Shown here in pieces: positions 1-10,957 of a DNA stretch of 64,000 bases. Numbering within the stretch: position 1 is the first letter of the stretch; the number at the start of each line of letters is the position of its first letter. Made by a program: the position numbers and the translations under genes. The notes under the pieces were generated by a model, which saw only the letters and a list, made by a program, of their open reading frames with translations, searched no databases and was not told the DNA's origin. The stretch comes from Callorhinchus milii (lineage: Eukaryota), in contig NW_024704742.1 of the NCBI RefSeq assembly GCF_018977255.1, positions 99,140,001-99,204,000 of the forward strand. Reading direction: 5' to 3'.

Positions 1-186
1 TGTATCCTCAACAGAAGCCAAAGCATCATTTGTGTCACTGGCAAAAGTCTCTCGAGAGGTGTCATCATCTACTTGTAGATTAAGGTCTTTAATGGCCTGT
101 TTCACCTTCTTTCCAACAAGGTGTCGCCTTCGTTTCTTAGCTGCCTTTCTGTTATTGTACTTCTGATTTTCATCATAAAAAATTTC
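1..186 (-). CDS. PHAX: PHAX exon 5 (partial): EIFYDENQKYNNRKAAKKRRRHLVGKKVKQAIKDLNLQVDDDTSRETFASDTNDALASVEDT
   Basis: Acceptor TTTTTATTCAACAG| on minus strand; frame open to the window edge. Confidence 0.95.
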
Positions 187-3100
187 CTGTTGAATAAAAA
201 TAAATGTGTCTAAGATACTCAAACCAAACAGCACCTCTGGCAATGCAGAGATCCCCCAGCTGAGTGTCAGACTAGATTTTTTTTTGTCAGCTGGGTGTCT
301 GACACATGCGGAAACCCATCATCATGCTTAAGAGTATCCAAACCAAGCTTCCATGCCTCCCACTTACACATAGAAATCCCAGAGATAAGATTGTTGGAAT
401 TGTTTGTGCACTCTCTCCCTGGAGGGAAGCACCCTGCTTACCTAATTCCGGAAAGCATTTGGTGCAGGTTGGCAAGAGCCAAAGCTTAGGGACCCCAGTG
501 TGTGTGCTGGGGTACTGCTGGAGTCTAACCAGCTAAAACCGCAGCTTGCCGTTGATATTGCTGTACGGCAATTTTTCCTGCTGCTTGTCCAGCCAGGACC
601 ATCCTACCCGTTAAGGCTTTGGTTTGCAAGAATGACGAGGAGCTGAGTGGGATGACTCCCTGCGCCCAGTGACTGGTCAGCCCTTCCAGGTCCTGCCGAT
701 GAGCCAGTTTGGATGTGCTATCATCAGAAGTGCCCTGGAATACTGTGGATCCGCCTGGCTCAGGAACCAGTCTACCAAGACCACCACAGATGTTGGCTCG
801 ATTCCAACATTCCATTGCCAGGCTTGTCATCTTGGAGCCTGTTCAGCTCCAAGGAGACCTGGCTTATATTGGACTAGACTTTGAGCTCGACATCCCGATA
901 GTGGACTCAAATCCACAACCTTCTGATTCAGAGACCTGGCTCAAATATGCAAATAACATTGATTTATTGGGTACAATACGCCTGGGAAATTTAATGCCAA
1001 TTAAAATCCATTCTGTTCAAACACAAATTTTGTCGATAAAATATAGTCAATTCACTTTACAGTATATTCTGTGAGGCACTTTGAGATGACTCAAAGACGT
1101 GATAAGACACTATATCAAGGATGCAAGGATTATTATTATGGTGTTCATAAGTTTGAACGGAATGTAAATTTCAAAAGTACGGTCAAAGGGGTGCGTTTTG
1201 AAATGTACCTTGAAAGATGGGAGGGAAGGAGAGAGCAAGTTGGAGGGACTTGGGAATTGAGTTTCAGAAAGCAAGCGCCAACTGGCTGATAGCCTGCCTA
1301 CCGATAATGAGGTGGACAGTAACAGCCAGGTTAGTATAGTAAAAGAGATATAATGAATAAATTTACTTGATGCTGCTTAACAAAATACTGAAAAGATTGG
1401 CATGCTGACCTTTATTTGATCATGGGTGATGCTTGGCATGTTCTTCAGTAAGTTCAGGTAGACCCCACCAGGTGTTCTTCGGCGACTGCCGTCCTGCAGG
1501 GAAGAAAATGTAATTATGTGACATAATAAGTGACATGCCTCGCCAAAGAAAATTCCAAACAGCATCCTAACGGCATGCAATTGCAACTTCACTGATCGCA
1601 CAACTGGTGACAGTACACAAACCCTGGATTATCAGCTCTGCCACATTCATTTCCTGTGCATTCGCACAGAAAGCCGCCAGCATTGGAATACGTAACCTAA
1701 CCTATCAGTGTGAGTAGGTTTGATTTGTGCATTATCACTTTCTGCAATACTCTCAGTGTGCAGAAATTGATGTTGGCAGCAATCTGATGATGTGGATATT
1801 GGATATGTGGTTAAAAAAAAACTTGGTAAAGTGTAGCTTTTCAATCCTTTGTTTCTCATTTTATGGACTTAATTAATGGTTCAAGAAACAGCTATCGCAC
1901 AACTTATTGTGGTTTTATAACTAGATTTCACACACTTCCTAGATGATTAAGTACTAGAACATTTTATTTTAAAAGTTCCTACTATCCAAGTACCCGACAA
2001 TTTGTTCAGCACCCATCATGTGATAGCAATCTTGAAATTATTTACAAATCCATATGCTTAGGAATCCCAAGAAAGGCAAATTAAGCCTACTGTGTTAAAT
2101 TGGTTTTATGCTTACGGCTGTGGAAGCGTATTACAGAAGTTAGATACGCTTCCACAGGACAATTATGATTATACTTAGAAAATTCACTACTTCCCCAAAA
2201 TTATGTATATGTTTATTTTTGCAATGTAATAAATAATTTGCAATGACTTTTGAGACTATCTGTTCTCATCACTTAGGTGTTAACCTGGTGTTTGAGACAT
2301 CTTATTTTACTCCAATAAAACAACACTGGCTCCCCTGATGACCCAGTGGCTAAAGTTACATTGTGCTTCACTCAGCCATATCAACAAATGGAGCACTATA
2401 AATGGGCTTTGCACTCCCGAACTTGGGATGCAAAAACAAAAAATCAGTGTTCATCTTTTTGATTGCTACTCATTGATCCCAGCTGGAAAATGTGTTTGTG
2501 GATGTCGGGTAGTATCAGGTTCAGCCCCCAGCCCCACTTTGAGGGTGGTCTATCCTGCAGACATTCTTTATTTGGGCAAAAATAAGCAAAAACATAAATG
2601 ATGAAAATGGCCCACTTGAGTGAGGTACCGGGTAGCTGCCAGTGCCTGCGGAACATTAGTAACAGTCAGTGCCTTTAAGAGAAGGGAGGTGAAGGTGGGG
2701 AAATTAACAGAAGATTTGAACATTGTGTCTTTCACCAAACCTGGAGATATTTGGAACATAAGTAGTACATTTATAATTAAACTATTAGTGTTGGTATCAT
2801 ACCAACAACTTGCATTTATGTAACGCCCTTCACATGGTTAGCGTCAGAGAGTGCTTAATACTGCATGCCAGTGATGCTTATTTTAATTCACATTATAGAC
2901 ATGTGGAGGAAGTTAAGAGAACACTGCTCAAGCACCACACATTTGCAGATGCAACTGACAAATGTGTGGAGCCTGCGCATGCCCACTGAAGTACTGGATG
3001 ATAAAGAGAAAATATAGTAATTGATTTTCAACTTAGAGCACTATCATAACAAAATCACAATCACTGATCCATATGTGGACAATGCATAATAATAACCCTT

Positions 3101-6100
3101 AGTACACCTCCTCATGTCTTTAAGAAGTTTCAAAGCGCTTCACGGAATATAAAGTGGATTGACTATATTTTGACACAGCAGTGTCGCACAAACAGTTGTG
3201 GATTGAGTGACCAATTATTTCTTTTGGAGGTATTATTACCCCCAACAATTACTGCTAAACCAAAACTACAACTTCAGTTATAAACAACCCCAACTGCTGC
3301 TCGTTTTTTTGCAAGTTCATTGTTACTCTTAATTAACGTAAACAGTTATTTACCATAGTCAAAATACCGCCATTCTGTTCCACCTCGGAGGTTTCCATCA
3401 GGAGCTCTATTGCTTTCCTCTTGCCTATGCTTTTCACAACCCGATGAATCAGATCAGCCTTTGGTTCTCGGAGCCTGAAAGAAATATTAAAATGTCCCAA
3501 GTGGCTTCAAATTCAAAATTAGAAACAAAAGTAGAGAGTAAAGGGCATCCATAGATCTCAATATGGAGGCAACAGAACCTCAGCTTTACAGCTGATTGCA
3601 AATCAAGATCACAGGTTAATACATTATGGGAAATGTATTCTTCTTTAGAAGAAATGAATGCAAATATTTCAAATACGTTAAGCATTTTGAAAAATGCTCA
3701 AGATAGATATGGTCCCAGACATATACTGACACACTTGCTTGCTCATTGTGGGCAACGGTAACACTGATTTTTACAGGTTTAATTCACGTGTTTTTTTCGT
3801 CAGCCAGGTGTCTGACACATGGGGAAACCCATCACCATGCTTAAGAGTATCCAAACCAAGCTGAGATTTCCATGCCTCCCACCTACATATGGAAATCTCA
3901 GATGCAGGTTGTTGGAATAGAATGTGCACTCGCCCTGGGGGGACACATCCTGATTACCTAATTCCGATATGCATTAGGTGCAGGTTGGCAAGAACCAAGG
4001 CTTGGATACCCCAGAGTGTGTGTTGGGGTACTGCTGGAGTTTAACCAGCTAAAATTGCCTAGCTTACCATTGATATTCCTGTTCATCAAGCTTTCCAGCT
4101 GGTTGTCCAGCTAGGACCACCCTACCCGTTAGGGCTTTGGTTTGCAGGGTTAACAGCAGCTAAATGGGATGACTCCCTTCCCTGTGTCTGGTCTGCCCTT
4201 CCAGATCCCGCCGATGAGCCAGGCTGTCTGCACTGTCTTCAGCAGTGCCTTGGAATAGTGTGGACCCACGTGGCTCAGGAACTGGACTACTGAGACCGGC
4301 AGAGGACTGGCTCGATTCCGACATTCCATTTTCAGTCACCTTGGAGCCAGTCCACACCCACACCCACCCACCCTGCAGTGGGGTGACTCGGAAGAAGCGG
4401 ACACTGGGGTGCTACAATTTGTGTCAGGGGCCTGCACTAGCATAAAAGTCAGAATTCCCACTTCTGATCACCATCCTATACACAGCCATTATACACAACA
4501 GTAATTACTGTGAAGTAATTTAGAATGCTTTGATGCTTAAAAGGCACAGTAACGATTACTTTTTTCTATGACCAACCCATCATAGACTTTTGAAATTAGT
4601 GAAAAAAACAAACCTGTACGCAATCTCCTCTGAAATCTTGTTTGAACCATCATCCTCCGTGATCTCATATCTGCCCTTGTGTTCCATCTCTAGCCTCTCG
4701 CCCAGTCTCTCTTTGACTGGACGCTTGCGTTTCAGGTATGCGTGACTAATTGCTCCGTGGTTTGTGCTCTTTCCCTCTTCCACATATTCGTCCAGTTCAG
4801 CTTCCAGCTTTGCGAGCTCTGCGGATTCTTCTTCTTCTTCCTGCTTCTCCATCATCTTCTTTGCCAGCGCATAATTATAAGTCTCAGACTGCCGGGAATT
4901 CATGTCAATGTTGCCTTCCATTCCCAGAATCCCTAGCTCCGTGGCCACAGCGTCCTGATTCTGCTCCTGCAATACTGCACCCCAGACGTTGTTCACTTTG
5001 CGGCCCAAAGTATCACCATTGTTTTCTGTTTTAATTTGTCTCGCTCCAAAGGGACCAAAAGGGAAAGCTGGAGGTTTCAAAGGCAAATTATTCCCATCGT
5101 CTGAACACTTCTGCCTCTTCCTCTTCCACTGAAGCCTGTCCTCTTCTTCCGAGTCACAGTCACTATCTTCACTTGAATCGTCGGACACGGTGGTTCGGTA
5201 CCGACTCCTCACATCATATGAAGACAGGCGACCGGCAGCCTCATTCTGTGTGCTCAAAGGTCTCGCAGATAAGTTAGGAACTTGTGCTTGCTGGATCTGT
5301 TAAAGAAGCATATTGCAAGATGAGTCAGGACAGTTATTGTTGTAAGATATAGAGAATAAAGACCAACGAGTAAATAATAATACTTGCATTTAACGTATGC
5401 TAGACAAAAAAAACAAGGTCCATCTGGTTGGCCTTTCACCTTGCTGGCAGTCACATGCACATACGTTCCAAGCTACTATATCCCATAATGTTATTTCCTA
5501 AAAAAACAATCTAATCTGTGTTTAAAGGAATCAATACTTCCTGCTTCAACCATCTCCCAAGGGAGCCTGTTCCACATGTTTACTATTCGATCACTGAAAT
5601 AGTGTTTCCATAGATTCGTTCTGAATTTACCCCCTTCATTCACAGGCCATTGCCTCTGGTTTTACTATTCTGGACTAGTTGAAACAGCCTGTCATGATCT
5701 ATATTGTCTTGCCCCTTTAGAATCTTCAATCATATCGCCTCTCAATCTTCTCTTTTCCAGCGAGAACATGCCCAATTTACTTAAGTCGCTCCTCATAGTC
5801 CAAACCCTCCATTATTTGGTTGCCGTCCTCTGTATTTTCTCGATTTCTCCCATTTCCTTTTTGTACTGCGGTTACCAGAACTGTAGACAGGACTCTATGT
5901 AATTTATATAGCGGCTATAATGTCAAAGGCAATCACTACCAAGTATTGTGAAATGTGGCAGCCAATTTGCACATAGCAAAGTCCCACAAACTGCTATGAA
6001 GTGAAAGACCAATTTGTCATGGTATCAGAATAATAACTGGACATTATCATAAAGGCTGAAATAGAAAAATATGGTCTTAATATCAGAATAGGGTTAATTG

Positions 6101-9100
6101 CTATCTCGCTACCGGCCCATCTCAAACCTCCCTTTCCTATCCAAGGTCCCTGAGAGAGCCGTTGCATCCCAGCTTCGCTCTTTCCTCTCCTTCCACTCCC
6201 TCCATGAACCCCTCCAATCGGGTTTCCGTGCTGCCCACAGCATGGACACTGCTCTGGTCAAGGTCACAAACGACATCCTGACCATGTGCGACCAGGGCTC
6301 CCTCTGCCTCCTTGACCTCTCTGCTGCCCTTGATACTGTGGACCACTCAATCCTCCTCCACCCCCTCTCCTCCCACCTCAACCTTCACAGTTCTGTCCTT
6401 GAAGGGTTCAAGTCCTATCTTTCACACCGCCTCCACTTCGTTGCAGAAAACGGCTTCTCCTCCAACCCCCGCACCGTCTTGTGCGGTGATCCTCAGGGCT
6501 CTGTCCTCGGACCCCTCCTCTTCATCCTCTATATGCTCCCCCTTGGTGACATCACCCGCAGACATGAGGTAAATTTCCACATGTATGCGGATGACACCCA
6601 ACTATCTCCTGCTTCCACCCTGAACTCCAGGACTATTGGCGTCCTGACTGACTGCCTATCTGACATCAAGTCCTGGACGAGGGACAACTTTCTCCAACTC
6701 AACGTCAGCAAGACCGAGGCCCTCCTGATTGGCTCGCGCCAGTGCCTCCGCACCTCAGGCGCTGGCAGCATCAGCCTCCACGGCTGCACACTCAACCTCA
6801 CTAAGCCAGTCAGGAACCTGGGTGTCTTGTTTCACCCTGAACTGTTCTTTCTCCCCCACATCCGCGCCATGACCGGCACTGCCTACCACCACCTCCGCAA
6901 CATCACCAGACTCTACCACTGCCTCACCCCTCAAGCTAATGAAACCCTTATCCATGCATTCGTCACATTACGATACGGAAACTCCCTTCTTGTCGGCCTT
7001 CCCAACGCTTCCCTTCACAAGCTGCAGATCATCCAAAACTCTGCAGCTCGTGTACTCTCGCTCACCAGGCTCCGTGACCCCATCACTCCTTCCCTTGCCC
7101 AACTCCACTGGCTCCCCATTGCTCAGAGGATCGAATTCAAGATCCTCGTCCTCACTTTCAAGGCCATCCTAGCTCTCTGACCTGCTGACTCCCTACCAAT
7201 CTGCCCGCTCCTCCATTCAGCGGGCTCTGGTCTACTCCATGTCTCCCGCACGACCTGCCTTACCATCGGTGGCCGGGCTTTCAGCCTCTCTGCCCCCAAC
7301 ACTCTGGAACTCCATCCCAGGGTCCCTTCGCCTCGTTTCCTCCCTTGCCTCCTTCAAGGTCGGTCTCAAGACCCTTCTCTTGGACTGTGCCTTTGGTCTC
7401 CCTCCCACCTCTCTGCCTTCCCTCACCCCCACACCATCCCTCCCCCATGTTCGGCCCTGACACCTGACTGTTCAGCGCTTTGGGACGTCCTCCCGACGTG
7501 AAAGGCGCTCTGTAAATGTAATTTTGTTGTTGTATCTGAATGGGTCCTCAGTACTCCCAAGGCACTGTTGATGACAGAGCCACAACCCTGGCTTCTCGGC
7601 AGGACTTTGAGCGGTAGACAAGTCACTCTAAGCAGGGATTCTTCCCATTTGGCTCAGGTTAACCCCTCAAGCCGTAACGAGTAAGGTGCTCCTAGCTAGA
7701 TAAGCAGCAGGAAGCTTGTCAGACAGTACTCACAACAGCATGCTCTGTGGCTTTAACTAAAAAAAACGCCAGGAGCAGCCCAATATGCACTCCGAGGTCA
7801 CCACAATTGGGCTACTGCCAACCTGCATCCCTCTGAAAAGTGTGCTCCCCGTTCCAAATACGTGGTAAATTTCAACAACAACAACATGGATTTATATAGC
7901 GCCCTCCACACCAGACGGCATCACAGAGCGCTTCACAGTGACGGATCCCGGGGCCGAGCCATGGGGAGGGGGAGGAAGGTGACCAAAGGTGCAGTCGAAA
8001 AGAAAGGTCTTTGGCCGAGACCTGAAAATAAGAGAGGAGGCGAGGCGAAGGGAGCGACGAAAGGAGTTCCAGAGCTTCGGGGCATAGTGGCTGAAGGCAT
8101 GGCCGCCGATGGTGGAGCGGAGGATTCGGGGGACAAGGAGGAGGCCAGAGCCGGTGGAGCGAAGGCAATGGATACTGTTTTGAGGAGAGAGGTCAGAGAG
8201 GTAGAGGGGTTGCAGAGGAGTGGAGGGATTTGAAGACAATGGTGAGGATCTTGAAGTCGATCCTCTCTGGGACAGGGAGCCAGTGCAGTCTGGCAAGGAC
8301 TGGGGTTATCGGGGAGCGGAGCTTGGTGCGGGTAAGAATGCGGGCGGCAGAGTTTTGGATGACCTGGATTTTGTGAATGGTAATGGAGGGGAGACCGGCG
8401 AGGAGGGCATTTGAACAGAGCAGCGGAGAGGTGACAAAGGCATGGACCAGGCTTTCAGCAGCTTTTGGAGTGAGGTATTGGCGGAGACGGCCGATGCATC
8501 GGAGGTGGAAGAAAGCGGTGCTGGTGAGGGACCGGATGTGGGGGAGGAAGGATAATTGGGGGTCGAACCTGACGCCTAGGTCGCGTACGGGTTCGGAGAG
8601 TTTTAGGGGGAGGTCGCGTAGGTGGAGGCGATGAGAACCATGTGATTTTAGATGCTGATGAGAGCCAAAGAGTATGGCTTCCGTCTTGTCAACATTCAGC
8701 TGACGGAAATTCGCGCTCATCCAGCTCCTGGTGTCTGACAAATTTCCACACATAGGGGCATACACGTGTGGAACCGTGTGGTTTAGATGCTCTTTAAGCA
8801 TGGCAATGGTTTCCATGTGTGTCCGAATCCAGGGCTTTCCTCAGGACCAAATTTCGGCCGTCCCTAGAAACACCAGAGGTGGTTTGAACGAGAGGTCTAA
8901 TTTGCAGAATGGGTTAACCCCCCTGTAAAAATATATTCACCTTTCATAAGTTAATTGCAATCATTTAGATCACCTCAAATTCATTATACTTGCACATGGC
9001 TAACCCACGCTACCAAATTGGGACACAGAAGGTGTTTTTTTACGTACAGTATCATAAATATCCCAAATTTCGGAGCTGTGAAGGTGATGCAGTGGTGAAT

Positions 9101-9874
9101 TGAAGCCGACACCGAGTCGGGCAAACAGCAGAAACCACAACGGTTAAATATTAAACAAACAGAAAACATTCAAATCATAAAGACTAACCGCAAGTTAAAC
9201 AGAAAATATTAAGCTAAAACGATGAGGTAGAAAAGAATTAGAAACTACGAAGATTAACCGTACATTAAACAAGAGAGACATTTAAAAAAAATAAAGATGA
9301 AATATAAATTCAGCGTTCGCCATCAGTCTTAAAAAACTATAAACCAAACAAGATTTAGAAACTGCAAAGATTAAACATAAATTAAACAGATTAACCCCCT
9401 ATTACCATATTAATAGTGGGTTAACCCCCAAAAACACGCGAGAAAAAACGCTCAGAAACCGCGAAGACTGAACATCAATTCAAACAGGAAAAAAAAATCA
9501 ATCGAATAAAACAAAAAAACCCCAATAAAACAGACAAACACCTCCCAGAGACTACGAGGATCGAACGGAACAATGTCGCAGCCAAAAAAAAAGGGCAGTT
9601 CAAAAAAAACACACACGAAGCGAAAAAAAATAAATTAGGAACCGCGGAAGATTGAGAACGTCAACTTAGAAACTACAAACAGCGGAACGAGTTTCAATTA
9701 GAAAAAAAAACGACCGACGAGGTTTAGCTACAGCGTCAATGTGCCCCTCCCCCCGGGCAGCGGGACATGTACCTGCTGCTCCCCGCGGGGCCCAGGCTCG
9801 GGGCCGCCCCTCATGTCGGCCTCGGAGCCCGAGTCGGACTCCAGCACCTCCCCGTCCTCCAGCGCCGCCGCCAT
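1..9874 (-). CDS. PHAX: PHAX gene span (phosphorylated adaptor for RNA export), 5 coding exons, 3' end outside the window
   Basis: Exons 9874-9773, 5296-4614, 3474-3354, 1493-1410, 186-<1 join in frame (phases 0,2,0,0). Peptides NNVWGAVLQEQNQ, KAIELLMETSEVEQNGG, GSRRRTPGGVYLNLLK and TSRETFASDTNDALAS are characteristic of vertebrate PHAX. Confidence 0.96.
281..871 (-). mobile_element. Unclassified ~600 bp retroposon, copy A, inserted into a Deu-type SINE
   Basis: Aligns by eye with 3791-4360 and 29669-30190; poly(A) end on minus strand; flanking direct repeat GACTAGA(T/C)TTT at 270 and 872. Confidence 0.8.
1410..1493 (-). CDS. PHAX: PHAX exon 4 (84 bp): DGSRRRTPGGVYLNLLKNMPSITHDQIK
   Basis: TTTTCTTCCCTGCAG| acceptor, AAG|GTCAGC donor; RNA-binding-domain RRTPGG motif. 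Confidence 0.96.
3354..3474 (-). CDS. PHAX: PHAX exon 3 (121 bp): LREPKADLIHRVVKSIGKRKAIELLMETSEVEQNGGILTM
   Basis: TTTCTTTCAG| acceptor, ATG|GTAAAT donor; phase 2 in, phase 0 out. Confidence 0.96.
3791..4360 (-). mobile_element. Unclassified ~600 bp retroposon, copy B
   Basis: Same sequence family as copy A; perfect 13-bp stem at 3861-3873/3889-3901. Confidence 0.8.
4614..5296 (-). CDS. PHAX: PHAX exon 2 (683 bp): IQQAQVPNLSARPLSTQNE...EEIAYR
   Basis: Overlaps ORF 4580-5257; acceptor CTTCTTTAACAG|, donor CAG|GTTTGT; acidic Ser-rich stretch, KRKRQK NLS-like motif, NNVWGAVLQEQ. Confidence 0.93.
5385..5900 (-). mobile_element. CR1-type LINE 3' fragment
   Basis: Degenerate CR1 ORF2 C-terminus (FSLEKRRLRGDMI-like) and 3' UTR on minus strand. 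Confidence 0.65.
6100..7533 (+). mobile_element. 5'-truncated L2-clade LINE (RT domain to 3' tail)
   Basis: ORF 6098-7180 with YRPISNLPFLSK, LDLSAA, PQGSVLGP, YADD, LHWLP; 3' stem-loop and (TTG)n tail. Confidence 0.93.
7540..8835 (+). mobile_element. Unclassified retroposon, diverged copy D, split by an L2 insertion (7874-8739)
   Basis: 7540-7873 and 8740-8835 match the reverse complement of copies A-C (e.g. TGCCAACCTGCA; GGTTTAGATGCTCTTTAAGCATGG). Confidence 0.65.
7874..8739 (-). mobile_element. 5'-truncated L2 LINE with target-site duplication AAATTTC (7867-7873 / 8740-8746)
   Basis: ORF 8193-8816 (LNVDKTE, QNSAAR, LHWLPV); (CAA)n tail at 7874. Confidence 0.9.
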
Positions 9875-10035
9875 CGCCGCCTCCAGAACCGGAAACACGC
9901 GCATCAGCCACGGAGGCGGGAAGGCAGGGCGCCGGAAGTGCCGCGGCGCGTCACAGCCGCTTGCCCCGCCCCCTCGTCAATCAACGGGCCGGCCGGGGTC
10001 CTGACGTCACAGCCAGCAGCCCCCGACGCCCTGAA
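9720..10035 (-). promoter_or_regulatory. PHAX CpG island / TATA-less housekeeping promoter
   Basis: CpG-dense; ETS/GABP CCGGAAGT 9932-9939, GC box GCCCCGCCCC 9963-9972, full CRE TGACGTCA 10002-10009. Confidence 0.8.
9773..9874 (-). CDS. PHAX: PHAX exon 1 coding part (102 bp): MAAALEDGEVLESDSGSEADMRGGPEPGPRGEQQ
   Basis: Strong Kozak GCGGCGATGG, LEDGE-x-SDS N-terminal motif, CAG|GTACAT donor, lies in a CpG island. Confidence 0.9.
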
Positions 10036-10038
10036 TTG

Positions 10039-10374
10039 TAATAATAATAATAATAATAATAATAATCCTTGCATTTGATATAGCGCTTTTCACGTCGGGA
10101 GGACGTCCCAAAGCGCTTCACAGAACACACTGTAAAGTGAATTGACTGTATATTTGTGGGCGAACACGGCAGCCAATTGCACACAGCAATGTCCCACAAA
10201 CAGTCGTAGATTGAAAATGACCAATTTATTATTGTTTTTGGTTTTTTGGAGGGATTATTATTAGGCTCTGTGTGGAGTAAGGAAACTTGCCCAAGGTTTC
10301 GCCCTCTGCCTGGAATTGAACTCAGGTCTCTCACTTGCAAAGCGAGTGCTCTAACCACTGAGCTACAGGACTCC
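10039..10374 (-). mobile_element. Full-length tRNA-derived SINE with L2-type tail
   Basis: Head GGAGTCCTGTAGCTCAGTGGTTAGAGC (A box) ... GAGTTCAATTCC (B box); (TTA)n tail; nearly identical to 17325-17655 and 42558-42863. Confidence 0.92.
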
Positions 10375-10469
10375 ATTATTATTATATAATTATTATATTA
10401 TTAATATTATTAATATTAATAATAAATAACAACAACAGCAACAACTGCAACAACAACAGACGAAACTCA

Positions 10470-10952
10470 CAACCACTGAAGGTGCTGCAAATCTGAAATA
10501 AAAACAGAAGTCGGTCAGGCGGCGTCTCCGGGGGGAGGAGAGCGAGTCGACGTTTCGGGTCCACGACCCTTCGTCAGGACGTTGGGAGGGAGAGGCGTTT
10601 AAGGGCAGACAGAGAGGGGGGGGCAAGAGGGCAAAAGGACAAAATGGGGTAGAGGACAGGGGGTGATGGGTTACGGAGGTGTTCAGGATGTAAAACAAAA
10701 GGGGCGGGGGAGTGGGGGGGGGGGTTGCAACAAAATAGGCAGACCAGAGAGAAAAGGTGTGTCTGGGACCCAGATGATGTGGTAATGGTCACAGAAGAGG
10801 GGGAGGGGGAAGGTGAGCTGTTATGGTCCGACATTGTTGATATCAATATCGAGGCCAGAGGGCTGTAAGGTCCCCGGCAGATAAATGAGGCGCTGTTCCT
10901 CGAGCTTGTACTGTGGCTCATTGGAACAGTATAGGAGACCGTGGACGGCCAC
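10470..10952 (-). mobile_element. Penelope-like element 3' fragment (GIY-YIG C-terminus plus pLTR)
   Basis: 10952-10821 translates VAVHGLLYCSNEPQYKLEEQRLIYLPGTLQPSGLDIDINNVGP*, typical of the PLE ORF end; downstream hammerhead motif. Confidence 0.8.
10546..10580 (-). ncRNA. Minimal type I hammerhead ribozyme motif in Penelope pLTR
   Basis: GUC-CUGACGA-A-GGGUC(GUG)GACCC-GAAA-CGUC/GAC: intact core, 5-bp stem II, palindromic ACGU stem III, 3-bp stem I. Confidence 0.7.
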
Positions 10953-10957
10953 TTACG

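Noticed and set aside
6098..7180. 360 aa reverse transcriptase ORF as an active or domesticated gene
   Set aside because: 5'-truncated L2 with no endonuclease, a non-ATG start, small in-frame deletions in conserved motifs and a premature end.
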